A stretch of 64,000 bases of DNA, taken from Phoronis australis (taxonomy: Eukaryota; Animalia; Phoronida). The translations under genes and the position numbers were made by a program. Shown here piece after piece: positions 56,401 to 62,543 of this stretch. Location of the stretch: assembly GCA_002633005.1 (NCBI GenBank), contig NMRA01000305.1, forward strand, positions 429,110 to 493,109. Direction: 5' to 3'. A model generated the notes under the pieces. It was not told the DNA's origin. It ran no database searches and saw only the letters and a program-made list of their open reading frames with translations. Every line of letters begins with the position of its first letter. The stretch's first letter is position 1.

Positions 56401-59400
56401 TACCAAAGTTCAGCATCAAGAACTGAAGAATCAAAGTTGTCACGGAATATCACACCATTGTCATGGAGGTCTGAAACATCTGGATACTCTAGTGAAGTCA
56501 AAAGATCTGAAACAAACTGGACAAATTAGAATTCTCTAGGCTGCTCCTTGCTTCAGTTACAAGATGCAATTGACTGAAAAAAAACCTGGCACTATGTACA
56601 GCTACTATTAATGTAAATTTTAGAACTAAGTAGACACAGTACATTCAGATGTTCAAATTAAAACTTTGACCAAATATTGAGGTATTCCAAGCAAAGTCAG
56701 CAAACCTTAAGAACTGAACGGAACACTGACAGACAAGCACAATAAAGTTCTTGAATACTCGTTCTTATGTTCAAAACAGCTAGTCTATATAACAAACCTG
56801 TCTCCATGATAGCTAGTCTATATAATAAACCTGTTTCCATGATAGCTAGTCTAAATCATAAACCTGTCTCCATAAATAGCTAGTCTATATTATAAACCTG
56901 TCTCCATGATAGCTAGTCTATATTATAAACCTGTCTCCATGAGAGCTAGTCTATATTATAAACTGTCTCCACGATAGCTAGTCTATATAATAAACCTGTC
57001 TCCATAATAGCTAGTCTATATAATAAACCTGTCTCCATGATAGCTAGTCTATATTATAAACCTGTCTTCATGATAGCTAGTCTAAATTATAAACCTGTCT
57101 CCATGAGAGCTAGTCTATATAATAAACCTGTCTCCATGACAGCTAGTCTATATTATACACCTGTCTCCATGATAGCTAGTCTATATAATAAACCTGTCTC
57201 TATGATAGCAAATAGCAGCATATGTTAATAAAAACAATGACAGATTTGAAATGGCTTGACATGTTTCGGCGTTTATTAAAACACCATTATCATAAGAAAA
57301 AGACAGTGGCCACCTTGCTAGGCAAAACAACAAGTACCGTATTCACCGTAGTAACCGCCCATGCCCCTATAAGCGCCCCCCACGCGTTTTCAAACTTTGC
57401 TAAAATAAGCGCCCAGTCCATGAACGTGTATGTGAGAAAAATGCCTTACCTACAGTCTTAATATTCTACAGTAACGTCTTCAATTTATCAATAATATCCG
57501 ACAGTCCTGAAAAAAAACACTGTGCGCAGAATTTGTAGACCACGACCCTTGCCGCTATGTCGGTATTTAGCCGTGATTATACACTTCAGAACGAACACAA
57601 AAGTTCTGCTGATACTGCGAGGACCAATGGTCTGGCCTGTCAGAACAGAAGTAGTGTACTTGTCTGTGGGATTGCCTTGTAGATATTTCCCGCTTTCAAC
57701 AGGAATCCAAATTTCTTTGTAGGCCTACACGTGAAAACCGCGAATCGAAGACTAATAAAAAGCTTGGCCAGTGTTAAAAGCACGTGGCCAGGAAGCGCGC
57801 ACTACATACATGAACCTGTCATCAAAGACATTAGTCGGGAACTATCCATTCATGAAACGGGTAGCATAGCATCGGCAAGAAATGAATATCGGCACTAATT
57901 TCCGACAGTTTCTAATACTATAAAAAAGTTTGCATTATTTTTAAGATGAATTGTTTGATTATCCATAATTGATGTTTTTAAGCCAAATATCCGATAAAAT
58001 GACCACCGACAGTGAATGCTTACACACCCTTACACCGAAAAATAACTGTCAGATAGTCACGTACGCATCCAGCCACATGGCGACTAATATGGCCTTACCG
58101 AGACAAATGCCGAACGTTTTTAGCACAATGAGACCGGCAAGTACTGAATGAAACACACTCTGGTTTAGGCCTACTGGAAATTTCTTTAGATACAATGCAC
58201 ATCTAGCTCATTAGATTGCGTGGCTCTGGCCAAAAGACGGTATCTGCTCTGGCAAATGAACTCTGGTGACACGCATGCGCTAGCTTACTCACAAACGCAG
58301 ACAACTTTAAAACAAAACGGTCACGTGACAACAACATGTGTGTTCGTCCAGACATTTTTCTCATGTTGCCGGTCATGTAGATGGCACGATGTAACACAGA
58401 TTTGTACTTAAACCTCCTGTAATCTCGACTCCATGGGAAAATCTTATTGACTCTACTTGGAAAACTTAAGGAGGATTTCAGGTAATTTGCTTGAGTCAAA
58501 ACTGTTATGTATTTTTATTCAAGCATTCAAGTTGCCATATCGACGATTGCGAGGTAGGCAGTCGGCGAGTTTTCGCCCTGGGATTTCAGCACAATTTTCT
58601 GTAAAATGAACTTAGCAGCAAAGTTTGATAGCAATGCACCACGGTTTTGTAGAAAGTCTTTCATAGATTACAGATACGTCACAGAGCAAAAATATGATGA
58701 ATCTTAGCTTCCGATTTCACCCGTTTCGGAGACTGGGTTTCAATGGCCTTGGGTTATAATAAGCGCCCCCCCCCCAGAAACAAACTTTCTAAGCACCCTG
58801 GGCGGTTATTACGGCAAATACGGTAATGATATACAGACACAGTCAGTTACAATTTACAGTATCATTACTTGTTGTTGGGCCCAGCAAGGTGGCCACTGTT
58901 TTTTCTTCTCATGGTGGTGTTTTGGTAACACCAAAACATGTCAAGCCATTTCAAATTTGCCATTGTTTTTAATAACATTAATAAATCTGGCGTTGAGGGA
59001 AGAAACACCACATGCTGTTACTTCTTTGATCATCAATGCAAACAAATCAAAAATAAAAATGAATTGAAAAATCTCAGTTTAGATGACAAGCTGGAGAGAA
59101 ATTGGAAAAAAAGAAATTGGTTTCTACTCAGTCCTACCTTCCCGTTCACATAGCTTGAGCACCGTGGTGTCTTTGAACAATATCTGCTGTCCCAGAGTAG
59201 CAGTGGCCCTGTGAAGACGGTATGATACAGCTAAAAATCTAATGACAGTAATCACTATGTAGTACTGCTACAATTTGATTTTTGGAATCGGTGATAAATG
59301 TTTCATTATAGGCCACATCCTAAAATGTGGCACTGATGAGTCATAAACAAGAATGCCTAGGAGGGGACGCCTGAGCACCTCCTGGAGGGGACGCTTGAGC

Positions 59401-61901
59401 ACCTCCTGGAGGGGACGCTTGAGCATCTCCTGGAGGGGACGTCTGAGCACCTCCTGGGGGGGACGCCTGAGCACCTCCTGGAGGGGACGCCTGAGCATCT
59501 CCTGGAGGGGACGTCTGAGCACCTCCTGGAGGGGACGCCTAAGCACCTCCTGGAATAGGAGTTTAGGCATCCCCCCTCTCTTACACATTCCAGTATGACT
59601 AACACCTAATATGTGCATGGACAATTATTAGTAAATCATTATCTTTAGTCATGCAGCATGCTGTGAATACCGTCCATGACATAAATCAAGATATTAAATT
59701 GCTAATAAATATTGATTGAATGATTCCAAAACATAGCTGCTTTAGTCCAATCTGCCCGAAAATGGACTGGTGTTGGTGCAACCCCGCCATATATCTGTGT
59801 CTAGTTTTGGCAAAATCTATCAAGCCGCTTTGACAATGACAGACAAGCAATATTTTGAAGAAAACTAAAATAACCAATAGGAGAGCCTAAGTATTCAAAT
59901 CTGTCTGAAATCGACTGCTGTCATGGAATCCCAGTAATAAAAGCATGTGTCAAGTTTTACCAAAATCTGTCAAGCAATTAAGAATATGAAAATCTAGTCA
60001 AAAACTGAAATTGACAAAAGGGGGTGGTAGGGTAGACGAATTCAACCAAAAACCTTACAGGTGCCAAGCACCGAGAACAAAAAACTATCGTTCTTTTGAT
60101 TGAGCCCCTCATGGACACAATTGTACCGTCAACTTTGAACCTGTCCAAATAAAACTGCGCTAATGACCCAAAAAGGCAATCAAATTTCAACTCTGGTATC
60201 CCATATTATCTCATGACTTACAGAAAGCTGACACATCCTGTGCCCTTCTGGGGTGCCATCCAGACAAATGACAGGGCCTGCTGTGGCCGGTGACCCATGT
60301 GAGTGTGAACTATCTGACACAAAAAGTTCTGGCCCCTAGGTGACACCACGCTTTGGTCAGGGCCAGCACGAGGTATAGATGGAGTGGTGTACATCCCCGT
60401 CAGTAAGAAGCCATCAAAGTTGATGGTGGAAGTCACAGTAACTGTAACCAAGACGACAACATAAATATCAATGATTGTCAGTATGACAAAACAAAAAGTT
60501 TATTTGATAAGGGCTGGCAAGACAACTTTTTTATTTAGAAGATGCATTTTGTTTATAAAACGTTCATTACGTATTACTAAGTATATACCACAATTGTTTT
60601 GCCACCAAGAGCTAAATACAAAGCATACACAATAACAGTAGCACTAACGGAAGCTTTTTCAATTACGGGGGTAACAGTGAAATTTTTTTTCACTCACTGT
60701 CAAATTCGGCAACAAAAAAGCACAATTTTCACAGCACATCTATCATCAAACGACATGGTTGATGAAGCTGTTAGCATTTGTAGCAATCTAGTCATGGAAG
60801 ATATGATACTCATCAGTCTGCTTTTGGTTCTGAGCATGCTTTTTGGGAACTGTGTATTAGATTTAACTGGAGTATACGATTTCGTATGATAAGAGATGAA
60901 AAAAAGAGGAAACTGGAAATCAAATAAGAGGAAATTGAAGTAAAAAAAGATGAAATCCTCTTAAAACAGGAAAATTCCAGGCCCTGTTAGTTTAGTTCAG
61001 CTCCGGGCTTTCAACATTTGGGAGGCTGATCTTCAATTCAGCATTTGGGAGGCTTACCTTCAATTCAACATTTGGGAGGCTTACCTTCAATTCAACATTT
61101 GGGAGGCTTACCTTCAATTCAACATGTGGGAGGCTTACCTTCAATTCAACATTTGAGAGACTTATCTTCAATTCAACATTTTAGAGGCTTATCTTCAATT
61201 CAACATTTGGGAGGCTTATCTTCAATTCAAATGTTTAAAGTGCTATAAATCTGCCTTCTATCAAGGAAACTTACTTTCAGTTTAGATCATGCTCTAAACC
61301 TGACGGTAAGATCACTGTTACAGAAACCACACAATGAATAGTCTCTGCAATGCGTCTCGGCGGCAAGTAATATGCAACAAATATTGCGAGACCGAGTCAA
61401 TTATGTTTATATATACTTCAATTGTGTGGAAATATGAATAAATCACGCTACTGTGACACTGCAATTTAAATTACCTCCCTCGTGACAAACCAACTGTGTG
61501 CTCGTAAAAACCAACTTCGATATAGACCTCTTACAATTACTTATAAAATTAATAAAGGTAAGTTTATCCCCACTTTGTTATTTTGTTCCATTTCTGGGTT
61601 TTTGCCATAGCGTCGATGAAGCCAGACAAATTTCTGCCGAGTTGTCAACTTTTCTTTTGCAATCATGGCTGTACTTTATAAGCAGCAAACAAAACCCACC
61701 TCTGTAGAGTGTCCCAGGGACATAGAACTCTGGGTTGCCATCAATGTTCACGTTCAATGTGATCTCCCGTGAGACACTGTCTCTTTGACCTTGGTTGGCA
61801 TGGTAATTACACACAAACATGAAGGGAGACAGAGTAGCGGGTAATACAGTCTCCACACTGGAGAGACGAGAACCGATCAAACACAAAGCGATAAACCACA
61901 T
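929..61901 (-). CDS. RELN: Reelin gene (multi-exon, 45 coding exons in window, 3' part lies beyond window start)
   Basis: Spliced exons give signal peptide + reeler domain ([10 protein letters not shown]...NPEFYVPG...FDGFLLTG...[13 protein letters not shown]), then repeated BNR/Asp-box motifs (YSxDxGxTW), RFRWxQ...WALDNVYIG motifs and six EGF modules (CxxxCSGHGxC). All boundaries GT-AG with matching phases; ~7817 nt CDS. Confidence 0.96.
1210..1620. repeat. 19-bp minisatellite (CCCTTCATGACCCTGGTGT)n, ~21 copies
   Basis: Directly visible tandem array. Confidence 0.95.
1974..2151 (-). CDS. RELN: Reelin exon 44
   Basis: [10 protein letters not shown]...WRKVVGG...[10 protein letters not shown]; tag|...|gtgag. 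Confidence 0.91.
2644..2784 (-). CDS. RELN: Reelin exon 43 (EGF 6 start)
   Basis: [10 protein letters not shown]...[23 protein letters not shown]; cag|...|gtgagt. Confidence 0.93.
3459..3627 (-). CDS. RELN: Reelin exon 42
   Basis: [13 protein letters not shown]...CLPTDVDC...[12 protein letters not shown]; cag|...|gtagt. Confidence 0.92.
4239..4346 (-). CDS. RELN: Reelin exon 41
   Basis: [36 protein letters not shown]; cag|...|gtaagt. Confidence 0.91.
4973..5108 (-). CDS. RELN: Reelin exon 40 (repeat 6A start)
   Basis: [17 protein letters not shown]...[21 protein letters not shown]; tag|...|gtact. Confidence 0.9.
5600..5873 (-). CDS. RELN: Reelin exon 39
   Basis: [10 protein letters not shown]...YSINGGISW...STRIRFWHP...WAVDQ; tag|...|gtaagt. 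Confidence 0.93.
5949..6187. mobile_element. MITE-like family D copy
   Basis: CACTCTGGGCTT ... AGCCAAGAATA with shared core. Confidence 0.68.
6415..6492. repeat. 78-nt inverted repeat (hairpin)
   Basis: AACGTGCCCATATTTTGAGAACCAGTTT / AAACTGGTTCTCAAAATTTGGGCACGTT, 28-bp arms with one mismatch. Confidence 0.85.
6569..6849. mobile_element. TA-flanked MITE (CGGTAAAA-type ends) with internal GTCCCAAATT subrepeats
   Basis: TA|CAGTAAAATTTCTCCAATTT ... AAATCAGAGAATTTTTACCA|TA. Confidence 0.58.
7312..7483 (-). CDS. RELN: Reelin exon 38
   Basis: DSAGSFEG...[10 protein letters not shown]...[10 protein letters not shown]; cag|...|gtgaa. Confidence 0.88.
8348..8568 (-). CDS. RELN: Second copy of reelin exon 37 (probable assembly/haplotype duplicate)
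   Basis: Same exon in ~1 kb tandem block joined by a single N at 8616; 221 nt so double inclusion frameshifts. Confidence 0.55.
9359..9579 (-). CDS. RELN: Reelin exon 37 (EGF 5)
   Basis: LARFRWYQG...[22 protein letters not shown]...YLKDDFD; cag|...|gtaag. Confidence 0.88.
10222..10442 (-). CDS. RELN: Reelin exon 36
   Basis: INVGC...[10 protein letters not shown]...[10 protein letters not shown]; cag|...|gtatg. Confidence 0.93.
10833..11091. mobile_element. MITE (CGGTAAAA-type ends), degenerate
   Basis: CGGTAAAAATCTCAC ... GTGAGATTTTACCA. Confidence 0.5.
11563..11677 (-). CDS. RELN: Reelin exon 35
   Basis: [30 protein letters not shown]; aag|...|gtaagt. Confidence 0.91.
11846..12345. mobile_element. 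hAT-like MITE
   Basis: Perfect 13-bp TIR CAGGGCTTGGAAT / ATTCCAAGCCCTG, flanked by AAGAAG direct repeat; subterminal GCGGAAA repeats. Confidence 0.78.
12484..12646 (-). CDS. RELN: Reelin exon 34 (repeat 5A start)
   Basis: [16 protein letters not shown]...[14 protein letters not shown]; cag|...|gtaca. Confidence 0.9.
13133..13270. repeat. Long inverted repeat (hairpin)
   Basis: GTGACTTATAGTGAAGTCTGA / TCAGACTTCACTATAAGTCAC perfect 21-bp core plus outer arms TTAGTCTTCATACAC / GTGTATGATGACTAA. Confidence 0.85.
13531..13607 (-). CDS. RELN: Reelin exon 33
   Basis: [25 protein letters not shown]; tag|...|gtaaa. Confidence 0.9.
13684..13999. mobile_element. TA-flanked MITE (CGGTAAAA-type ends)
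   Basis: TA|CGGTAAAAATCATGCAGTTTGGAACAG ... CTGTTCCTAACTGGAGAATTTTTACTG. Confidence 0.62.
14104..14300 (-). CDS. RELN: Reelin exon 32
   Basis: [14 protein letters not shown]...[11 protein letters not shown]; aag|...|gtagg. Confidence 0.9.
15488..15665 (-). CDS. RELN: Reelin exon 31
   Basis: [10 protein letters not shown]...MKDTF...[14 protein letters not shown]; cag|...|gtggg. Confidence 0.92.
16787..16927 (-). CDS. RELN: Reelin exon 30 (EGF 4 start)
   Basis: [10 protein letters not shown]...[27 protein letters not shown]; cag|...|gtaagt. Confidence 0.93.
17512..17785 (-). CDS. RELN: Reelin exon 29 (repeat 4A)
   Basis: [10 protein letters not shown]...LQFDLNMGC...YSIDLGRTW...WTRVTVYLP; cag|...|gtaagt. 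Confidence 0.93.
18001..18265. repeat. 36-bp minisatellite, ~7 copies
   Basis: ACTTACAGCTGACCCATACCTCCACACCCACCCATA repeats. Confidence 0.92.
18627..18809 (-). CDS. RELN: Reelin exon 28
   Basis: [15 protein letters not shown]...GFQEDF...[14 protein letters not shown]; cag|...|gtaagt. Confidence 0.88.
18843..19058 (-). mobile_element. tRNA-derived SINE family A
   Basis: Minus strand begins GAGGCAGTGTGGCCTAATGGGATAAG (A box) ... GGTTCGAGTCCC (B box); shared body with 21238, 50800, 55946 copies. Confidence 0.8.
21022..21204 (-). CDS. RELN: Second copy of reelin exon 28 (abuts N gap; probable alternative haplotype)
   Basis: Same peptide as 18627-18809 with three synonymous differences; donor lost in the gap. 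Confidence 0.6.
21238..21458 (-). mobile_element. tRNA-derived SINE family A (duplicated-block copy)
   Basis: Homologous to 18843-19058. Confidence 0.75.
22645..23070 (+). mobile_element. Dispersed repeat family C (also 20220-20578 in the duplicate block)
   Basis: Colinear similarity to 41823-42345. Confidence 0.65.
23101..23345 (-). CDS. RELN: Reelin exon 27
   Basis: [10 protein letters not shown]...YSINNGITW...ATKFRWWQP; cag|...|gtaag. Confidence 0.93.
24030..24243 (-). CDS. RELN: Reelin exon 26
   Basis: GPYCESS...FDRFD...[12 protein letters not shown]...ETVELNAT; tag|...|gtaagt. Confidence 0.91.
24225..24370. repeat. ~32-bp tandem repeat x4 spanning the exon 26 acceptor
   Basis: ATGATTCACAGTAAGGGCCTAGA repeated four times. 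Confidence 0.9.
25450..25598 (-). CDS. RELN: Reelin exon 25 (EGF 3)
   Basis: KTRFHWIQ...[34 protein letters not shown]; aag|...|gtaat. Confidence 0.9.
25730..25934. mobile_element. MITE-like family D copy (partial)
   Basis: Shared core and right end AGCCCAGAATG. Confidence 0.7.
26479..26622. repeat. ~74-bp tandem duplication
   Basis: GTAATACCACAGTCATAACAACAGAGGTCACTGCAAACA twice. Confidence 0.85.
26779..26993 (-). CDS. RELN: Reelin exon 24
   Basis: INVGC...[13 protein letters not shown]...[21 protein letters not shown]; cag|...|gtgagt. Confidence 0.92.
27362..27529 (-). CDS. RELN: Reelin exon 23 (repeat 3A)
   Basis: TYSDQ...FCQSS...[15 protein letters not shown]; cag|...|gtcgt. Confidence 0.87.
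28062..28230 (-). CDS. RELN: Reelin exon 22
   Basis: [22 protein letters not shown]...WAVDEISI; cag|...|gtgag. Confidence 0.91.
28921..29128 (+). mobile_element. tRNA-derived SINE family B
   Basis: GTGGCTCAGCGG A box, degenerate B box AGCTCAAATCC; 3' part matches 43982-44139 (TATAATGCGxAxCGATTTCTGG). Confidence 0.6.
29193..29401 (-). CDS. RELN: Reelin exon 21
   Basis: [13 protein letters not shown]...[13 protein letters not shown]; tag|...|gtatg. Confidence 0.92.
29721..29907 (-). CDS. RELN: Reelin exon 20
   Basis: [10 protein letters not shown]...[15 protein letters not shown]; cag|...|gtattg. Confidence 0.92.
30339..30476 (-). CDS. RELN: Reelin exon 19 (EGF 2 start)
   Basis: [11 protein letters not shown]...[21 protein letters not shown]; cag|...|gtgag. 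Confidence 0.92.
32363..32639. mobile_element. hAT-like MITE
   Basis: CAGTGGCGGATT / GATCCGCCCCCG imperfect TIR, CTAAG direct repeat on both flanks. Confidence 0.65.
33949..34248 (-). CDS. RELN: Reelin exon 18 (repeat 2A)
   Basis: [11 protein letters not shown]...[11 protein letters not shown]...[12 protein letters not shown]; tag|...|gtgagt. Confidence 0.93.
34786..35022 (-). CDS. RELN: Reelin exon 17
   Basis: [22 protein letters not shown]...WALDDIML; cag|...|gtaagt. Confidence 0.9.
35724..35885 (-). CDS. RELN: Reelin exon 16
   Basis: [10 protein letters not shown]...YSSDGGVTW; cag|...|gtaagt. Confidence 0.92.
36565..37985. mobile_element. Non-autonomous Tc1/mariner-superfamily (Tc2/pogo-like CCGTA ends) DNA transposon, copy 1
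   Basis: TA|CCGTATTCGCCGTAATAGCCGCCCA ... TGGGCGGTTATTACGGCGAATACGG|TA terminal inverted repeats, TA flanks, no long ORF, full-length similarity to 57337-58823. Confidence 0.88.
39338..39568 (-). CDS. RELN: Reelin exon 15 (second half of EGF 1, repeat 1B)
   Basis: [10 protein letters not shown]...[13 protein letters not shown]...ETRDLNTT; cag|...|gtttg. Confidence 0.92.
40277..40387. repeat. 15-bp minisatellite (GTGTGACAGGCTTAA)x7
   Basis: Perfect tandem array. Confidence 0.95.
40560..41130 (+). mobile_element. Degenerate LINE 3' end (C-terminus of ORF2)
   Basis: Translates LEEY...[19 protein letters not shown]...(frameshift)...[14 protein letters not shown]...LRRKY, the C-terminal Cys/His motif typical of invertebrate CR1/L2-group ORF2. 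Confidence 0.65.
41823..42345 (+). mobile_element. Dispersed repeat family C (unclassified), left member of inverted pair
   Basis: Similar to 20220-20578 and 22645-23070 (GCAGGTGAAAGTTA.GTCTAATTTCTCTG, TAATTGTTGGATTACG) and to the reverse complement of 43860-44493. Confidence 0.72.
42593..42874. mobile_element. ~280-bp MITE-like family D
   Basis: Ends TTTGGGCT / AGCCCAGAATG; core TGAAATTGACATGCAAG...CTTAGTCATACAACTGTCCCAGTTGGACTGTGTAACT shared with four other copies. Confidence 0.75.
43290..43536. mobile_element. TA-flanked MITE (CGGTAAAA-type ends, Tc1/mariner-like)
   Basis: TA|CGGTGAAAATTCTTCAATTTGG ... CCAAAACTGAAGAATTTTTATCG|TA. Confidence 0.65.
43860..44493 (-). mobile_element. Dispersed repeat family C, inverted copy upstream of TRIM gene (interrupted by SINE B)
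   Basis: TTCTTGGTTTTAACAGTCCAGGGGA is the reverse complement of TCCCCTAGACTGTTAAAACCAAGAA at 41824; similarity continues either side of the SINE. Confidence 0.72.
43982..44139 (+). mobile_element. 5'-truncated SINE family B copy with 12-bp target-site duplication
   Basis: Flanked by ATTGTCTGCGTT at 43970-43981 and 44140-44151; B box GGTTTGAATC; similar to 28921-29128. Confidence 0.72.
44889..46838 (+). CDS. TRIM-NHL E3 ubiquitin ligase (RING, two B-boxes, coiled coil, NHL-like beta-propeller), uninterrupted CDS, nested antisense in reelin intron 14
   Basis: 649-aa ORF from ATG 44889: C3HC4 RING (CPICLE...[11 protein letters not shown]...CPIC), B-box CDIC...CIQC...FCREC...H...H, B-box CSVH...YCEQC...ICSLC...H..H, Q/E/K/A-rich helical stretch, NHL repeats ([38 protein letters not shown]). 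Confidence 0.93.
   Translation: MASNEQLEQLRRSLECPICLEQTRDPRALPCLHSYCEECLRQHMAEKEEHNMFPCPICNTKYPIPDEGVLGFKRNFFVANIGEILLKNDTIYCDICKIGRDREAEFICIQCRQHFCRECSQAHSFHTNDHRVVSLEEVKNGQHMDEMRRHQKVYCSVHQEKVLESYCEQCEIPICSLCYVLDHMKHKGTDIGNAAERATRVMRDLLEPWRNVAQHYEMLCEKLKQMVESLGQDQETCESEKHLSVVTCQVEDHQEKAIQRFDEQVQAAKKQAEAACDEAELNRGKFVSVLQYVNSILASANDAEKLQQFREIRKRLENLNVENVETQLNQPAHNLQPGKVESANLGLNALTILNYDSSSKLCQTLVKTVAVSCKSSAHRVASQPAVKEPAQLEQILSSQREGEKQGWCWALAVDDGVLVIVDGENQNVKGFGKNRFTFQFSLKQHKLKCPWDVTINAHGEIFITDRSIHGIVKYYATGGVIKVYPDLYVYGGYVTCHRNQLVVADTDGGRVMFMDYNCKVHYQIDARSLGLNTFSPRYICVNVNTGHLVAIEWEPGRVHVIDCDQPAIINTYRDKLSDYPRGVCVDQFGNTLVADLFYNRVILFTNARAHVMTPQGGVSWPTGVCVSAPGEVSVQEYDGQVKVFRYLDI
47071..47076 (+). 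promoter_or_regulatory. Candidate polyadenylation signal of the TRIM gene
   Basis: AATAAA ~230 nt after the stop codon; AT-rich context so uncertain. Confidence 0.4.
47316..47414. repeat. (ATT)n microsatellite
   Basis: Visible trinucleotide run. Confidence 0.95.
47595..47658 (-). CDS. RELN: Reelin exon 14 (first half of EGF 1)
   Basis: [21 protein letters not shown]; cag|...|gtgagt. Confidence 0.9.
47720..48030 (+). mobile_element. Possible highly degenerate LINE endonuclease fragment
   Basis: FSLPNL...[22 protein letters not shown]...HDH loosely resembles the GDFNLP...LDL...N.P...SDH APE motifs. Confidence 0.3.
48175..48284 (-). CDS. RELN: Reelin exon 13
   Basis: WTRLTLPLP...RFRWRQ...WALDN; cag|...|gtatg. 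Confidence 0.92.
48915..49043 (-). CDS. RELN: Reelin exon 12 (repeat 1A, Asp-box)
   Basis: [25 protein letters not shown]; cag|...|gtgtg. Confidence 0.9.
49607..49815 (-). CDS. RELN: Reelin exon 11
   Basis: [10 protein letters not shown]...VWSLDD...[10 protein letters not shown]; cag|...|gtaaat. Confidence 0.9.
50403..50509 (-). CDS. RELN: Reelin exon 10
   Basis: [36 protein letters not shown]; cag|...|gtatg; bridges phase 1 to 0. Confidence 0.8.
50772..51015 (-). mobile_element. tRNA-derived SINE family A
   Basis: CATTGCACTGATCACCTG ... CAAGGGTCTAGCAGTGTGCC ... CTAGGCCAC shared with the other copies. Confidence 0.75.
51398..51546 (-). CDS. RELN: Reelin exon 9
   Basis: [12 protein letters not shown]...[19 protein letters not shown]; cag|...|gtgag. 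Confidence 0.87.
52570..52715 (-). CDS. RELN: Reelin exon 8
   Basis: [12 protein letters not shown]...STRDLNL...[10 protein letters not shown]; cag|...|gtggga. Confidence 0.87.
53260..53554 (-). CDS. RELN: Reelin exon 7
   Basis: [15 protein letters not shown]...CWALDNVLV...[20 protein letters not shown]; cag|...|gtaatg. Confidence 0.9.
53556..53788. repeat. Degenerate ~29-bp tandem repeat abutting exon 7 acceptor
   Basis: GAAGATGGAACATTATGGAATAAGGTGAT variants. Confidence 0.75.
54337..54485 (-). CDS. RELN: Reelin exon 6
   Basis: [22 protein letters not shown]...WTVMDTV; cag|...|gtagg. Confidence 0.9.
54592..54846. mobile_element. MITE-like family D copy
   Basis: CATTATGGGCTTGGAGGGGG ... 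AAGCCCAGAATA. Confidence 0.7.
55799..55895 (-). CDS. RELN: Reelin exon 5
   Basis: [32 protein letters not shown]; tag|...|gtatgg. Confidence 0.88.
55946..56178 (-). mobile_element. tRNA-derived SINE family A
   Basis: A box TGGCCTAGTTG, B box GGTTCGAGTACC on minus strand; shared body. Confidence 0.8.
56404..56506 (-). CDS. RELN: Reelin exon 4
   Basis: [35 protein letters not shown]; cag|...|gtaagt. Confidence 0.88.
56779..57209. repeat. 33-bp minisatellite, ~13 copies
   Basis: GCTAGTCTATATTATAAACCTGTCTCCATGATA repeats. Confidence 0.93.
57222..58978. mobile_element. Palindromic MITE-like element interrupted by the 57337-58823 insertion
   Basis: 57222-57336 is the reverse complement of ~58866-58978 (ACAGTGGCCACCTTGCT / AGCAAGGTGGCCACTGT). 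Confidence 0.7.
57337..58823. mobile_element. Non-autonomous Tc1/mariner-superfamily DNA transposon, copy 2
   Basis: TA|CCGTATTCACCGTAGTAACCGCCCA ... TGGGCGGTTATTACGGCAAATACGG|TA; colinear with copy 1. Confidence 0.88.
59138..59208 (-). CDS. RELN: Reelin exon 3
   Basis: [23 protein letters not shown]; cag|...|gtagg; phase consistent. Confidence 0.9.
59360..59553. repeat. 24-bp GC-rich minisatellite x8
   Basis: GGAGGGGACGCCTGAGCACCTCCT repeats. Confidence 0.95.
60222..60441 (-). CDS. RELN: Reelin exon 2 (reeler domain)
   Basis: [16 protein letters not shown]...[13 protein letters not shown]; cag|...|gtaagt. Confidence 0.92.
61010..61230. repeat. 24-bp minisatellite (second copy 62597-62796)
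   Basis: CTTCAATTCAACATTTGGGAGGCT repeats. Confidence 0.93.
61700..61901 (-). CDS. RELN: Reelin coding exon 1 (signal peptide, start of reeler domain)
   Basis: [10 protein letters not shown]...[12 protein letters not shown]; acceptor tttttcag|G immediately before ATG implies an upstream non-coding exon; donor G|gtggg. Confidence 0.88.
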
Positions 61902-62322
61902 CCTGAAAAAATGGAAAAATTTAAAGAATGGTCGTCGGACAACTGCCATCAACTGATATGTGAAATCAATTTTTCTTGATGTATGGTTGACATGATAACC
62001 CATCATAATGACAATATATTCGGTGAATCATAACAGGTAAATTTAAAATTAATTAAAACATAATTTGATATACCAATTAAATTTTCCAAGCTACAGATTA
62101 CAACAGTTAGTTTAATGAAACCATATTCGGTTGCCTACTTTAATTCCCAATCTTCTAAATATTAGAAAAATGTATTAATATTCCTATCTTGGATGAATCG
62201 AAATTTCCACATTTTAATCAACATTCAAATAGTTGAAATGCTACAAGAGTGCAAAGCCATTAGGAAAATTTTGCAAAGTTTCAAATTTGAGACGCCTAAT
62301 GGCTAAAGAACATTAAATAAAC

Positions 62323-62543
62323 TTAATGTTGATCACTAAAAGAACACAGTCACAATCTATTGAGACTCAGTTAATGTTGATCACTAAAAGAACACAGTCA
62401 AAATCTATTGAGACTCAGTTAATGTTGATCATTAAAAGAACACAGTCACAATCTATTGAGACTCAGTTAATGTTGATCACTAAAAGAACACAGTCACAAT
62501 CTATTGAGACTCAGTTAATGTTGAGCGCTAAAAGAACACAGTC
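62323..62543. repeat. 48-bp minisatellite (second copy 63879-64000)
   Basis: TTAATGTTGATCACTAAAAGAACACAGTCACAATCTATTGAGACTCAG repeats. Confidence 0.93.

Noticed and set aside
59268-59624. ORFs with LQEVLRRP / WRGRLSTS repeats
   Set aside because: 24-bp minisatellite open in several frames, no splice or homology support
60860-60985. Similarity to 40470-40550 (GGAAATCAAAT..AAGAGGAAATTGAA)
   Set aside because: Short purine-rich match, likely a TE fragment, boundaries not definable
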